Positions 50,429 through 63,191 of a stretch of 64,000 bases of DNA are shown in pieces (positions within the stretch are counted from its first letter, which is position 1; each line of letters starts with the position of its first letter). This DNA comes from Pristiophorus japonicus (lineage: Eukaryota). The stretch is taken from the NCBI RefSeq assembly GCF_044704955.1, contig NC_091984.1:144274001-144338000 (forward strand), in the 5' to 3' direction. Position numbers and translations under genes: made by a program. The notes under the pieces were generated by a model that saw only the letters and a program-made list of their open reading frames with translations, searched no databases and had not been told where the DNA came from.

Positions 50429-52229
50429 ATGGAAAAACGTCCACCAAGAACAAAGACTTTCTTGCATGAGGAAGTGGAGATGTTCATAAATGTCATTGAG
50501 CAGAGATGGCAGGAGCTAGATACCAGCAACAGAGGTCGCATAAAAGTGCCACCGAAAGAAATGAAGAAACGTTGGAACCAAGTTGCAAAATAGATCTGGA
50601 AGCCAATGTAAAAAGAAATGGCACGACCTTGGTCAAGTAGTTAGTGGGAATAATTTTTTCATTTTTTAATGGAATCGGAATTGTGATGTGACTATTTATA
50701 TGTCCCTCCCTGCAGAAAGACGCACTCTGTAATAAGTTATATTTTACTCTTTGCAGAAGAAAGTGGCCCACAACAAAAGGGAAGCAACTCGAACAGGAGG
50801 AGGCACGCTCAATCTGCAGCAACTGACACCCTTGGAACAGAGGGTAGCTGCCATGATGAGTCGTACATGGAGAACAACATTCAGTACAGCACAAGCTGGA
50901 CCCACACGTGAGGAAGAGGGTAAGTCCTGAAAATGCATCGTGGCCCTTGAAAATCAACCTGCTGCCTGGCCTGCTATGTGTGAGAGTACTCATGCCCCCC
51001 ATCCTGCCCCCTCCCTTGCTGTTAAACATTTGACTGTTCTGATATATTTTTCAGAACATGATGATGATGATGATGTCAACCCTGAGGATCCTGAAGATAC
51101 AGAACAAGAACCAGTACAACCAGATGCGGACGATCCAGACTGGACGCTGGCGGCGATGACTGAAATGTCTACAGTGGAGACCTTCCAAATTAATGTTTAT
51201 GAGCCCCTATTAAGGGGTATCTGAGTTTCAACCCCTTGCATCGGATCTGGTTCCACCTTCCGTGGTTTTGATTCCGACGTTGCGGGTCCCAGTGGTGCTG
51301 GTGATATCATGAAGCAGTTTACAGCCAGTGCACCAGAGTCCGAGCCTGCGCCTCTCACTCGCATAGGTTCTGGTTCCACCTTCCATGGTTTTGATTCCGA
51401 CGTTGTAGGTCCCAATGGTGCTCGTGATATCATGGAGCAGTTTACATTCATTCACCCACCATCCCAGCCCATGGCTCGCACTCAAGTGTTGCTGTCTGGA
51501 ACACCGAGCGCCTCACCATCCCAGCCCGCGCCTCTCTCTCTAATACTGCCGTCTGGAACACAGAGCGTCCCACCGGCCCAACCTGCAACTCTCTCTCTCG
51601 TACTGCCGTCTGGAACACAGAGCGTCCCACCATCCCAGCCCACGCCTCTCTCTCTAGTACTGCCGTCTGGAACACAGAGCGTCCCACCGTCCCAGCCCAC
51701 GCCTCTCTCTCTAGTACTGCCGTCTGGAACACAGAGTGTCCCACCGTCCCAGCCCGCGCCTCTTTCTCTAGTACTGCCGTCTGGAAAACCGCGCGTCTCA
51801 CCGTCCCAGCCTGCGCCTCCCTGTGTAGTGGTGGCGTTTGGAACACCGAGCATCCCACCGTCCCTGTCCGCGCCTCCCAGTGTAGTGGTGCTGCGAGGCA
51901 GGCCCAGGCAGAGGAGAAGGAGATTGGAGACACGCTCTCCTGAGATGCAGCGTGCAACAGATGCGGATCAGGTTGTGGCATTGGGTATGAAGACCAATGA
52001 GCTTACCCGATCACTCATCGGTAGCGTCAGTGCAGTGGGTGAAGAGGTGACGGTCCTGATGGGAGAAATAGCAGTAATGACACGGGAACTTAGGGAGGGA
52101 ATGTCCGAGGGAGTGCAATTGATGGCACAGGCCGTCAGGGAGGGCATGCAAGTTACGGCACAGGCCCTCATGGAGGTAGCTGCTGCAATAAGGGCACACA
52201 GCCCCGCCAATCAAATGACACCCCCATGA
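50429..52229 (+). pseudogene. Harbinger Myb/SANT-like gene, right copy (~6-7 repeat units)
   Basis: Mirror of 9277-11784; deletion in exon 1, damaged first donor, TGA after LRGI at 51222-51224. Confidence 0.85.
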
Positions 52230-52726
52230 AGAAGTGAACATTCACTGAGATGTGGATGAGAGATGGTTACAGCCGTTCTTTGCTGCTTTTGTTCTTGTTC
52301 TTGATGTAGCTGTAGCAGTGTTTTTCACTTGAAATTGTTTTGTAACTTTTGTATCTTTTCAACTTATAAGTGATCTTAGGGTTTTTAAGTGATCTTATAG
52401 TGTAAATGCTCGCACTTTTTGTAACTTATTTAAGTTTGCAACTAAAAAATGATTTTGAAGTTAAAGTGATCTTAAGATTATAAGATTTTTCACATTGAAA
52501 TTGTCTTGTAACTTTACAAGTTTATAAGTGATCTTAAAGATCTTCAAGAGTAATATTAAAAAGTAAAGTTTGATACAACAAATATTTTATTACAGTGACG
52601 TTAACTTTTCAATAAAATATGTTTTCATTAAAACTGAATCATGTTCCATTAACACAACACAACATAGGAACAACTCCAAAGAATAAACATGTCCATGTGC
52701 AACAGTTGTCGCAGAGCCCTCAGGCA

Positions 52727-53932
52727 TCAGTAATTGAAGCGTTCACGGATGAGCTGGTGGCGCAGGGCTCGAGCAATTGTTAAAGGAGCACGATGGACGG
52801 CCCTCCTCCGACCTCGTGCTCCGGCATCAGGCACTTGCATGCTTTCCTGATCGTCGTCATCATCCTCATCCTGCTCTTCCAAATTACTATCATCAGGCAC
52901 TGGCCCCTCATGTGCATCTTCTGGTTCCACTACCAGCTCCTGCTGCCTCATGATGGCTAAGTTATGGAGCATGCAGCACACAACAGTGAAGTGACCGACA
53001 ATCTGAGGAGAGTATTGCAAGTGGCCTCCGGAATGGTCCAGGCTGTTTCAATATGCCAATGGTCCTCTCAATGATGCTGCGCGTCGCAATGTGCACCATG
53101 TTGTATTGACGGTCAGCTTCCATCCGTGTCACGTGTAGGGGCGTCATGAGTCAAGTGGCCAGGCCGTACACTTTGTCTCCCAGTAGCCAGCTCTGCCCTT
53201 CTGGTTGCTGCTCAAACATGTCAGATATAATGCTGTCGCGTCGGATGAAGGCATCATCTGTGCTGTCAGGGTATCTCGCATCGACTGACATGATGCGCTG
53301 CTTGTCGTCACACATGAGCTGCACATTGATGGAATGGAAACCTTTTCTATTCCTGTACTGCTCAGAATCCTCCACAGGTTCTCGCAAGGCGATGTGGGTA
53401 CAATCAATGCAGCCCTGTACCTTTGGGAAGCCAGCAATCCTGAAGAAGCCTCACAGCCCTCATGGATCGCTTGTGCGGTCATTGGGAAATTGATGAAGTC
53501 ATTCTTCTGCACATACAGTGCAGCCGTGACCTGGTAAATGCTGGCATGAATTGCACATTGAGAGGTGGCGCACACATTTCCAGTTGTAGCCTGAAACGAT
53601 CCCGAGGCATAGAAGGCAAGTGCAGCTGCTCCCTTCACTTCAACAGACAAGGCAGTTGGTGTTCTGCTTCTCGGCTGCAAATCTGCTCTCAGAATATCAC
53701 AGATCTCAACAACAACTTCTCTGTGGAAACGTAGCCTTTTAACACAATCAGCCTCGCTCATGTCCAGGTACCAGCGCCTGGCTCGATATTGCCGATGTGG
53801 GTAAGATCTCCTGCCCATCAGCCTACGGGCTATGATGTTCCTGTTGCGGTGAGCTCTAATCAATTCTCTCCTATGCTGTGAATTGCTGGTGAACCATTGC
53901 ATAATCCGTGGTGTTGACAATGCAGCACCCAT
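52727..53932 (-). pseudogene. Harbinger DDE transposase, right copy, frameshifted
   Basis: Same motifs as the left copy (NRKGFHSIN, WLLGDKVY, IERTIGILK, CCMLHN). Confidence 0.93.
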
Positions 53933-54022
53933 TCTGCAATTACAAATTTAAGTTTCAAACTGGCTAGCTGGCTGCCTCTCCCTCCCGGTGCTTTGCACGC
54001 CTACCCTGTCCCCTGGCCGAAT

Positions 54023-57000
54023 CAACCTGCAGATACTGGAATGGTCCGACAGGGGCAGGAGCCTCAGTTGGGGCATTACCGTGATGGGTCCAGAATTATT
54101 TTTCTGGCACACCACACAGCAGCCTACTACCAGCTGGGCGTGTTTTTTAAATCTCCAACCCCACCAGCTTTTCTGGAACCATGCTGTCATCTGTTGTGAG
54201 GCCAAGTGTCCCCACGAGTGGATCTGTTGGGCTAAAAAAGGCATTAGCGCTTGTGGCGCGACTGGCTTGTCGGTAACTCTTTGCCTCCAGACACCATCTT
54301 CACATAGCTTAATTCATGCCTCAATCCATGTCCATTTTTCCTCTCGGGAGCGCTCGCCTTGCATTGTTTGAAGGTCTCGTGTCAGAGTCCTGAGTGCTTT
54401 CAATCTGCACATCTGTGTTGGTTCTTCTGGGGGAACGCCCTATGAGGCAGCATCTTTAGCTGCCTGGTCGGCTAGGGCATTTCCCTGTGCTTCCGTGGTA
54501 TTTTCCTTGGTATGGGCCTTACACTTCAGGATGGACACTTACTGAGGTAATTGTATGGCCTCTAGTAAGTCTCGGACTTCTTTTCCATTTCGAATAGGTG
54601 TACCAGCAGCAGTGAGGAATCCCCTTTTCCGCCATTATGGACCAAAGTTGTGAGCGATTCCAAAAGCATAACGTGAATCTGTGTAGACATTAGCTGTCTG
54701 TCCTTCTGCTAACTCGGCCTGTTGTGCTGACATTCCTGAGGATAAACGTCCTTTTGCCACTACCTCATGTAAGGTTGTAACTGCCCATCCTGCTTTTCCG
54801 GTACCATTGTCAACAAAGGAGGAACCATCTGTAAACAGGATGAGGTCTGGGTTGTGCAGAGGCTCCTCTGCTGCTAAGGCTGCTTCTTCTGTTTCTTTTA
54901 AAATCTCCACGCAGTCATGCTCGTCACATTCCCCCCCCTCTCTTGTTCCCTCGATTCTGACATCGGGAGCATAGTTGTGGGATTAACCGGGCTGGCCCGG
55001 ACGATATGGAGATTAGGAGCTTACAAAACTGCAGTCCAGCGGGTCCATCTAGCTGCTGTCACCTGAGACATTCTATTCATAGACAGCAAAGCATGTATGG
55101 TGTGGGGACACTTGACAATCAGGTTTTGGTCGAGGACTAGACCCGCAATGATCATTACCGCTCGATATGTAGCTTCCATGGCCCTTAGGCAACTTCCCCA
55201 TCCGAGGGCTACCGCATCCATTTTTGCCGAATAATAGCCAATAGGTCTTTGCCGATCCCCATGTGCTTGTTTCAGTATAGCTGTCATATATCCTTCTTTG
55301 TCATGGACAAACAGGGTAATTGGCTTATCACTGTCGGGGATTCCCAGAGCCGTTGCCGAACACAAAGCCTTTTTCAAACTCAGGAAGGCCTCTTGCTGTT
55401 CCCTAGTGAGGGTGATGGCTTCTTTAGAAACACGTTTCCCCCTTAAGATATCATTCAATGGCTGAGCAAGCTGTGTGAAGGAGTCAATGCAATTTCTGTT
55501 AAAGTTACACAATCCCAAAAAAGACCTTAGTTCCTGAATAGTGGTGTTTTTTTTAGCAGCCCGAATGGCTGCAGTTCTATCCTGGGTAAGTTCTCTCTTT
55601 CCTTGTGAAATCTTTTGTCCCAGGTATACAACCTCTTCTTGGGATATTTGTGCTTTGTCGATGCTGGCTTTATGTCCTTTCAGCCAAAGGTGGTCCAGCA
55701 AAGCTCGTAAATCTTGTTCATGCTGTTCTTCTGTGTTTTAAGCTAGCAGGATATCGTCTACATATTGGATGACTGTGGATAACAGGGGAGATAATTCTCG
55801 CAAATGGCTTTGTAAAGCCATGTGGAATACCGTAGGGCTGTTGTGGAAACCTTGCGATAACCGGGTCCAAGTATACTGTTGTCCTTGGACCGTGAAAGCA
55901 AACCACTGTCGAACCTCCGGTGCTAGAGGCACCGACCAAAATCCGTTGGCCATATCTATAACCGAGAAATATTTATGTTCCGGTTTGAGGGCATTAAAAA
56001 TGGTGGAGGGATTTGCGACCAAGGAGCTTTTTGATCAATGCACTGGTTAGCTTTCCTATAATCGACAGTCAAACGCCAAGTCTCATTAGATTTCCGTACC
56101 GGCCACACGGGGCTATTGGAGGAGCTATGCGTTTTAACAAGCACCCCTTGTTTCTCCAATTGCTGCATAACAGGTAAGATTCCCGTGATGGCAGTTGGAC
56201 TGATGGGATACTGTTTAGTGCATGGAGGCTTGGTCCCGGTAAATGACGCAGGCTCCGTCTGGAGTAGGCCACAATCGTTCTTATCTTTAGCTCATATCGG
56301 GTGTTCCTTGAATTCTTCTTTCTTCAAAGTTCTAATTGACCATGTAACCCGACCATCCTCGAAATGCAATGATGAATCTACTTGGATTAAAACGTCCATT
56401 CCCAAAAGGGGTTGATCTACTGGGCCTATCCAGACTGGCGTGGTTAGTTCATGTGGACACAGCCCGATATAAGTACTGGTGTTGTCCTTTTAATTTCCAT
56501 TTTATGGCCCCCAACTCCATAGGCTGTACATGCCCTACCATCCAACGGCAAAAAGTCTCCATATCGTAGGGGTAAGCATGTTAATTCCGCCCCTGTGTCT
56601 AAAAGACAGTCCACATCCTTATCGCCCACCCTCACAGTTATATATAGCCCATCTCCCCTTTGTTGTATTAGTGCAAGGAGGTGGACCAGGGTGGACTCTA
56701 ATCATTTTTTGCTATCCCAAGTAACTCCTTCTGTTGTTGTATTGTCAGTCGCTTAAATGCTTCTATGAGGTCGTTATCTTGTGACAAGCCTAGTTTGTTG
56801 GCTGAATGTATACCTGGCTGCGTCCTCTTCCCCGGCCGCGACCTTGCTGTTTTGCCCTGCACGTCTTGGCCCAATGACCTTCTTTCCCACAATAATGACA
56901 TTTTCCGGGTAATTTTCCTAATAACTGTTTATCGGAATCCTGGGATTTCCATCCCATAGTCTGTACAGCTCGGACTTTAGCTCCCATATCCCGATCGAAT

Positions 57001-58906
57001 TGGTTACATCGATCCACCAATGCTGCAAAGGTAGTTCCTCTACCTTCCCAGTCCGGTTACTCTACCTTAAGCATTTTGGACAGTTCTGGCTTTTGACCTG
57101 CCACGAAAGCTGCTTTCAGGGGTCCAAATACTTGTTCATCCATTTCCTCATCCATATTATTCATACCCGAATGTTCTAGCCACGTGCATCTAAACCGCTC
57201 ATCATACTCCAGGACCTCCTCTGTTCCTTTCTGTTGGCAGGCTGCAATTTTTCCCCAGTCTGTCTTAGCTGGACTGAAGGCTTGCAGCCAGTGTTTAATC
57301 GCCTCCCACCCTGTGTCTAATTCTTGCTCATCCTGCCCCAAAGCTTCTTCTATCTTGTGGTGCAATTTTCTTCCCTGTTTTTTTGGCACCATTCTGGTCA
57401 AAATTTGAACTCCGCCCCAGGGATGAAGTTGATATATATTTCTTAAGCGGTCCAATTGGTCCCACGTTTTTACTCCCTCTTTCTTTGGATTGGGCAATTC
57501 CTTGGACCATTTATCAATTTTCTCTGGGTCTGCCGGATCATGAACTAAATATTCTGCATACCCCCTTTTCCTCGTTTTTTTGGTTCCGCCCTCATCCGCA
57601 GTCTCTTCTGATTTGACTACAACTCATCTTTTTTTAAATGGGGCAAAGCGCACCCCTAATTCTTCATCCTCCGACACTGTATCGTCGGAGGATTCAGAAT
57701 CCGTATCAATTCCTCGGTCGTGTCTTCAGGTTTGCTCTTTTAATTTATCCAAACATGGGTACCCTGGGAATTGACCAATGCATTTTCCTTTTCCCATTAC
57801 TGTCTCTTGACCTAATGATTTTTTCCATTCTTTAATTTCACCTTTAAGATCTTTAACTTCCGCTTCCGATTTTTCAAGTTCATGTCTTGTCTGTCGCAGC
57901 TGTGCACAAACAGCTTGCAATTGGTCCTTTGTACTGGTCAGTTCTTGATCATGTTGGGAACGCATTATAATTTCATTCCGCTTTCGGATCTGTCCCATAA
58001 TGGCTAGGGACCATCTAGTTCACTCTTTATTTTTCATACGGGTCGTTATTCCCCAGACCCTTTTAATCTCGTCCAAGGACCATTGTCCTTTGGAGGTACC
58101 GTATTTTTCTTCGATCTTAAAACAGGTTTTAGATAAGTTGAATTGTTGCTCTATGTATTCTTTCAACTGTTGGAGGATTTCATCTATCGAAAACTCAGAT
58201 GGTGCCTGCCCGCCTTTAACAGTTGTAGGCAATTCTTCGCTCTTATCTCCTGCTGCCATAATACTGATTTCTTTACTGGGGTCTCGAGTCGTAGGCTTTC
58301 CAGCCGATCAGTGGGTCGGTGATTAATTAACTAACACAACGCCGAAGTTAGACGTCTATGGTACCTCGAGCCGACTACCAACTGGAGGGTTCGCAAACAG
58401 GAGGTTTTCGGAATCGCGTAGAAGGAGAGGCAAATTTAGACTTTTGACCGGGGACTTTTATAAAGTGGAGTCCTTACCTCAGTATGTAGGTCCGATGTCC
58501 AAATTCAGTTTCTTCCCTCAGCGATCTTGTTCGTGACGCCAAAATTGTTTGATTTCTTAATTCTCAATGAAATACGAACTCCGGTTCTGGTTTTAATGTA
58601 ACTTTATTCTGGCAGCAGCAACAAGCTTCTGGCTTTAAGCCAGGCCTTTGTCCTTCTGAGACCACATGGCCAAAATGGCTGTACTTATACCTGGTTCAAT
58701 TTACAGAAAAGAACTCACCTCCTTTGACCTTATTGGCTCAATTGATAGTCTTTTAACCTTTAATTGGCTTGCTACCCAAGGTGCTAAAATGTCAAGTTGA
58801 TTGATGACTTAATGCAACATGCTGAGTTGCACGTAACAGCTTTGACTTGGGGTCTGTGAATTTTCACAAAACTGCAGCCAGGCTGCAGAGCTTGAATTCT
58901 CTATGA
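54023..58906 (-). mobile_element. Endogenous retrovirus: 5' LTR (~58546-58906), PBS, gag-pro-pol, truncated at the start of the integrase core
   Basis: LTR with TATAAG and AATAAA ending ...AACA; PBS TGGCGTCACGAACAAGAT (58524-58541); gag from 58259 with CHYCGKEGHWAKTC; protease LLDTGA; RT ...ANGFW...QGFHNSP...YVDD; tether; RNaseH FTDGSS...TDSRYAF; IN HHCC then GPFQYLQVD. Confidence 0.93.
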
Positions 58907-60299
58907 GTTACCCTCGCAGCTCGAAGGCTGTTTGCTGTGTCTTCGGCTGTCATTAAGTCACTGAGGCCGCCCCTGTCTCCAACATGGAAGGCTGCTGCTG
59001 CTTCACACAGGTGGGAATATTCAATATTTTGTATTTGCTTTGTTTATAATTTTTTATTCGGGCTGGCTCTTTATTTGTATAAGTAATACTGTTGAATGCT
59101 TGTAGAATTGAATTACTTCCCCCCTCCCCGCCCTCATTCCCTATGCCTGATTTGTAACCTGCGCCTGATTTCTAAAGTGTAGACAAGGTTTTTCTGAGCG
59201 TATAAAAATCTACATTTGCTCCATTCTAAGTTAGTTTGGAGTAAGTTTTCGCTGCCTAAACTTTCAAAACAGGCGTAAGTGACCACAAATGCCCCCTTTT
59301 GGAAAAAAACATCTGTTCCAAAATGAAACTGTTCCAACTCACTGGAACTGGAGCAAATTAAATGCTGAGAATTGCAATTTCTAAGATACTCCATTCTAAA
59401 CCAGTTGCTCCAAAAAAAAGGAGCAACTCGAGCGGAAAGTTGACTCCTCAGTCTTTGAGTATATTCAAGACGGAGATCGATAGATTTTTGGATATTAAGG
59501 GAATCGAGGAATATGGGGATAGTGCAGGAAAGTGGAGTTGAGGTAGAAGATCAGCCATGATCTCACTGAATGGCGGAGCAGGCTCGAGGGACCAAATGGC
59601 CTACACCGGCTCGGGAGGGGCAGAGGGGATGGGAGGGGGAAGGAGGGGCATGTGAGATAGGGGGGCAGGGAGGTGGGGAGGAAGTGGGGGCTGAGTTGGG
59701 ATCGGGGGAGGGAGGCTGAGGGATATGGTGTGAGGAGGGCGGGAGTGATGTAGGGAGGCGGGGGAGTGGCTCGAGGTGGGGGTGAGGAGAATGGCTCGGT
59801 GGGGCGAGGGTAGAGACTGACATCGGCTTCCAGTTCAGCAACGCCTCAATTTTAAAAATTCTCATCCTTGTTTTCAAATCCCTCCATGACCTCGCCCCTC
59901 CCTATCTCTGTAATCTCCTCCAGCCCCACAATTCCCCGAGATGTCTATCCTCCTCCAATTCTGCCCTCCTGAGCATCCCTGATTATAATTGCTCAACCAT
60001 TGGTGGCCGTGCCTTCTGTTGCCGAGATCCCAAGCTTTGGAACTCTCTCCCTAAACCTCTCCGCCTCTCTAACTCTCTTTTCTCCTTCAAGACACTCCTT
60101 AAAACATACCTCTTTGGTCACCTACACTAATTTCTTCTTATGTGACTCGGTGTCAAATTTTGTATCTCATAATACTCCTGGGAAGTGCCTTGGGACGTTT
60201 CACTACGTTAAAGGCGCTATATAAATACACGTTGTTGTTGAATTAGGCAAAATCTGGTATTCTGGATGTCGCCGCTCCTTTTAACACCCTCTCCAAAGC

Positions 60300-60840
60300 A
60301 CGCACAGCAAATGTAACGCCCCTATTTACAAAAGGAGGCAGACAGAAAGCAGGAAACGATAGACCAGTTAGCCTAACATCTGTCGTTGGGAAAATGCTGG
60401 AGTCCATTATTAAGGAATCAGGAGCAGGACATTTGGAAAAGCATAATTCAATCAAGCAGAGTCAGCACGGTTTTATGAAAGGGAAATCATGTTTGACAAA
60501 TTTGCTGTAATTCTTTGAGGATGTAACGAGCAGGGTGGATAAAGGGGAACCATTGGATGTGGTGTATTTGGATTTCCAGAAGGCATTCGATATGGTGCCA
60601 TATAAAAGGCACAAGATAAAAGTTCATGGGGTTGGGGGTAATATATTAGCTAGAATAGAGAATTGTCTAACTAACAGAAAACAGGGAGTTGGAATAAATG
60701 GGACATTTTCCCGTTGGCAAACGTTAACTCGTGGAGTGCTGCATGGATCGGTGCTGGGGCCTCATCTATTTACAATCTACATTAATGACTTAGATGATGA
60801 TGCCGAGTGTAATGTAGCCAAGTTTGCTGATGATACAAAG
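60300..60840 (+). mobile_element. CR1 RT fragment (mirror of 5423-5950)
   Basis: YLDFQKAFD...GSVLGP...FADD in ORF 60535-60978. Confidence 0.88.
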
Positions 60841-62049
60841 AAGGACGTTGAGCTATCCAACAAACACTATCACACATTACACCAAACAAATGAAAAAGTA
60901 AGGGAGGAAATTAAGGAAGGGATGGCCCCTCCAAAATGTGATTTGGGATTCAATATTCAGATTCTCCCCTGGGTTTGAATTGTGTCTCACGCATTAGCCA
61001 TTGTATAGTTGGTGTAACTATTTATCTTATCCTGTAAGTTGAAAAAGAATACAAAGGAAGGGAATCTTTAAGGGTTGTTAAGATGAACCAAAGCCAAAGT
61101 GTTTGTATATAAAACTGAAGTCAGATCAAGGCCGCATATTTTTGTTATAAAAGTGTTGGTTTGTCGGGGAAAAGTACTGTTTTTTGATGTAAAAAATAAT
61201 ATTTGACTGAGACTGCAATACACCCAAAAAGAGCTCATGAAAAAAGAAGAATTCCACAAGTAATGTTTCTAGTTTTATATGTACGAAACATTAAAGGAGG
61301 GAGTGTAAGATTACGAATCTTCAGAAAGCACAGAAGGAGACGATGAACTAAAGATTAATACAAGCTTTTGGAATGAAGCTGGATAATTAAGGACATTCTT
61401 GGTCAGGAACCAAAACTGGCTTCATGCATAACAAGAATGGAGTTGTTACGTGAGGCCCTGAAATTGATTGACCAGGGTGGGGAAAACAAGCTCATTGGAG
61501 ACATCAAACCTGTAAAAAGACTGGACAACAAAGGAACCACACTAGGTGCACATTTTTTGAGACGAGGTGTTAAGATGAGAAATCAACTTAAGCCTTGCAG
61601 ACTCAGTGTGCAACTGGGAAAACAGATGTGTCCATTATTGCAGTCAATCACCCAAGGGGACCACAATCAAATGTATCTATGTAAACACTTTATCAGAAAC
61701 CGCAGTGGCAGGATTAAGAATTAGTGTTGCTAGCCTCGAATGGTTAATCGGCATCCAGGAGTTCATTAACCCAACTCTCCGTTATCAGATGTGAATTATC
61801 CCCACACTGAAACACCCACAGTGACACAGACCCACACAGAGACACCCATCTGCACCCACCCCATCCCCCAACACCCCAACCCACCTCCCCGACCCACACA
61901 CCCATACCCCTCCCCCACCCACACACACACACCCTCCCACACCCACTAACATGCACTCGCACACGCACTTAAGCGCACTCTCACGGAAACACCCACAGAG
62001 ACACACACACTAATATACACCTATTAAACATCCTTCTCCTCCCTTTCAG

Positions 62050-62378
62050 GCCGAGGGAAGACACCACCCATGCTGACCCTGCTGCCCCCCTCCCCGGAGG
62101 AGGTCACGACCAAGGGCACTGCCACCCTGGTGTGCCTCGCCGATCACTTCTACCCCGATGCGGTGGAGGTGGAGTGGAAGAAGGACGGGGCGACCATTTC
62201 GGCCGGGGTCCAGACCAGCGACTACCTGCGAGCTTCGGACAACACCTACAGTGTCAGCAGCCTGCTGACCCTCTCTGGCTCCGATTGGGAGTCCAACGCC
62301 AGCTTCTCCTGCAGCCTCACCCACGAGAGCCTCTCCTCTCCCCTCAGCAAGGGCGTCAGGAGAGCAGAATGTGCGTAG
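62050..62378 (+). CDS. IGKC: Immunoglobulin light-chain constant exon, kappa (chondrichthyan type III / NS4-like)
   Basis: Polypyrimidine tract + TTTCAG acceptor (AG 62048-62049), phase 1. RGKTPPMLTLLPPSPEEVTTKGTATLVCLADHFYPD...W...YSVSSLLTLSGSDWESNASFSCSLTHESLSSPLSKGVRRAECA*: both domain Cys, the core Trp and the penultimate inter-chain Cys are intact. Isotype from recalled similarity to shark kappa C regions. Confidence 0.93.
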
Positions 62379-62806
62379 CGTGTCAGGGACAGTCCGCGGG
62401 GGAGACGCAACTTTAAATAGAACGGGGTGAGCCGGGAGGGCAAAGGTCATTGTCAGCACTGCATTTCTACTCTCTTCCTTCTCGGGACTGGGTCAGGGAA
62501 AACATCTGAGGGTCAGGGGGTAAGGCACGTTATTGGAGCAGTGTCAGGGGAGCTTTACTCTGTATCTAACCCATGCTGTACCTGCCCTGGGAGGATTTGA
62601 TGGGACAGTGTTGACTCGTGCTGCCAAGTAAAACCTCTCGAAGATGCTGAAGACTGTCAGCAGAGTAAAACTAATGTTAAACTGCGAAATGCCGCTTCAG
62701 TAAGCAGACCCCCTCCCTGCTCACCCTGCTGTTACAATTCAAGGTTTAGTCCCCGTTTAAAGGGACAGGATTCTGACGGTGTGGAGAGAATCCCCACAAC
62801 TGTTTT

Positions 62807-62812
62807 AATAAA
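62807..62812 (+). promoter_or_regulatory. Polyadenylation signal of the C-kappa exon (second AATAAA at 62902-62907)
   Basis: AATAAA ~430 nt after the stop codon. Confidence 0.65.
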
Positions 62813-63191
62813 GCTGCATTCTCCCTGTGAATGTCTCCAGCTCGCTCTCGCTGGGCTGTTTATTCAAGTCTTGTTTCTGTAAATGTGAATCTGTAAAAGG
62901 CAATAAACGTGAAGAATATTCAGTCTGTGTCTGGTGAGTGCTTTGGAAATGTCCCACCTTCCCCACAGCTGGATTGGCTGCATTTCAGTAAGTGTCTGTC
63001 CTGATTGGCTGGGTGAGCTGTCTATTAATGACACGTAGCAGGAGATTCGCTTCAAAGACAATTATCAATCATTTTAAACGATCAATTTGACCTCGAGCCC
63101 CTGGAGTGCACAAGATTAAACACAGAGACTCTAAAAGCTGCTGGGATTAAACCCTCCCAGTCTGAGCATTGGCTCTCACTCTGCACACTGC

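Larger units (their letters stand above)
49886..59447 (-). mobile_element. PIF/Harbinger copy A-right, interrupted by an ERV
   Basis: GGGGTCAAGTTTC at 49886, GAAAGTTGACTCC ending 59447; intact TCA/TCA TSD (49883-49885, 59448-59450); same CR1 host site as copy A-left. Confidence 0.95.
43236..61713. repeat. Right arm of the inverted segmental duplication
   Basis: Reverse complement of 4524-23985 with arm-specific indels; outer homology stops at gtggcagga (61713) versus tcccgccac (4524). Confidence 0.95.

Noticed and set aside
4524-61713. Palindrome as an assembly fold-back artefact, or as giant TIRs of one transposon
   Set aside because: The arms differ by many substitutions and private indels, and consist of unrelated nested TEs with no terminal motif or TSD.
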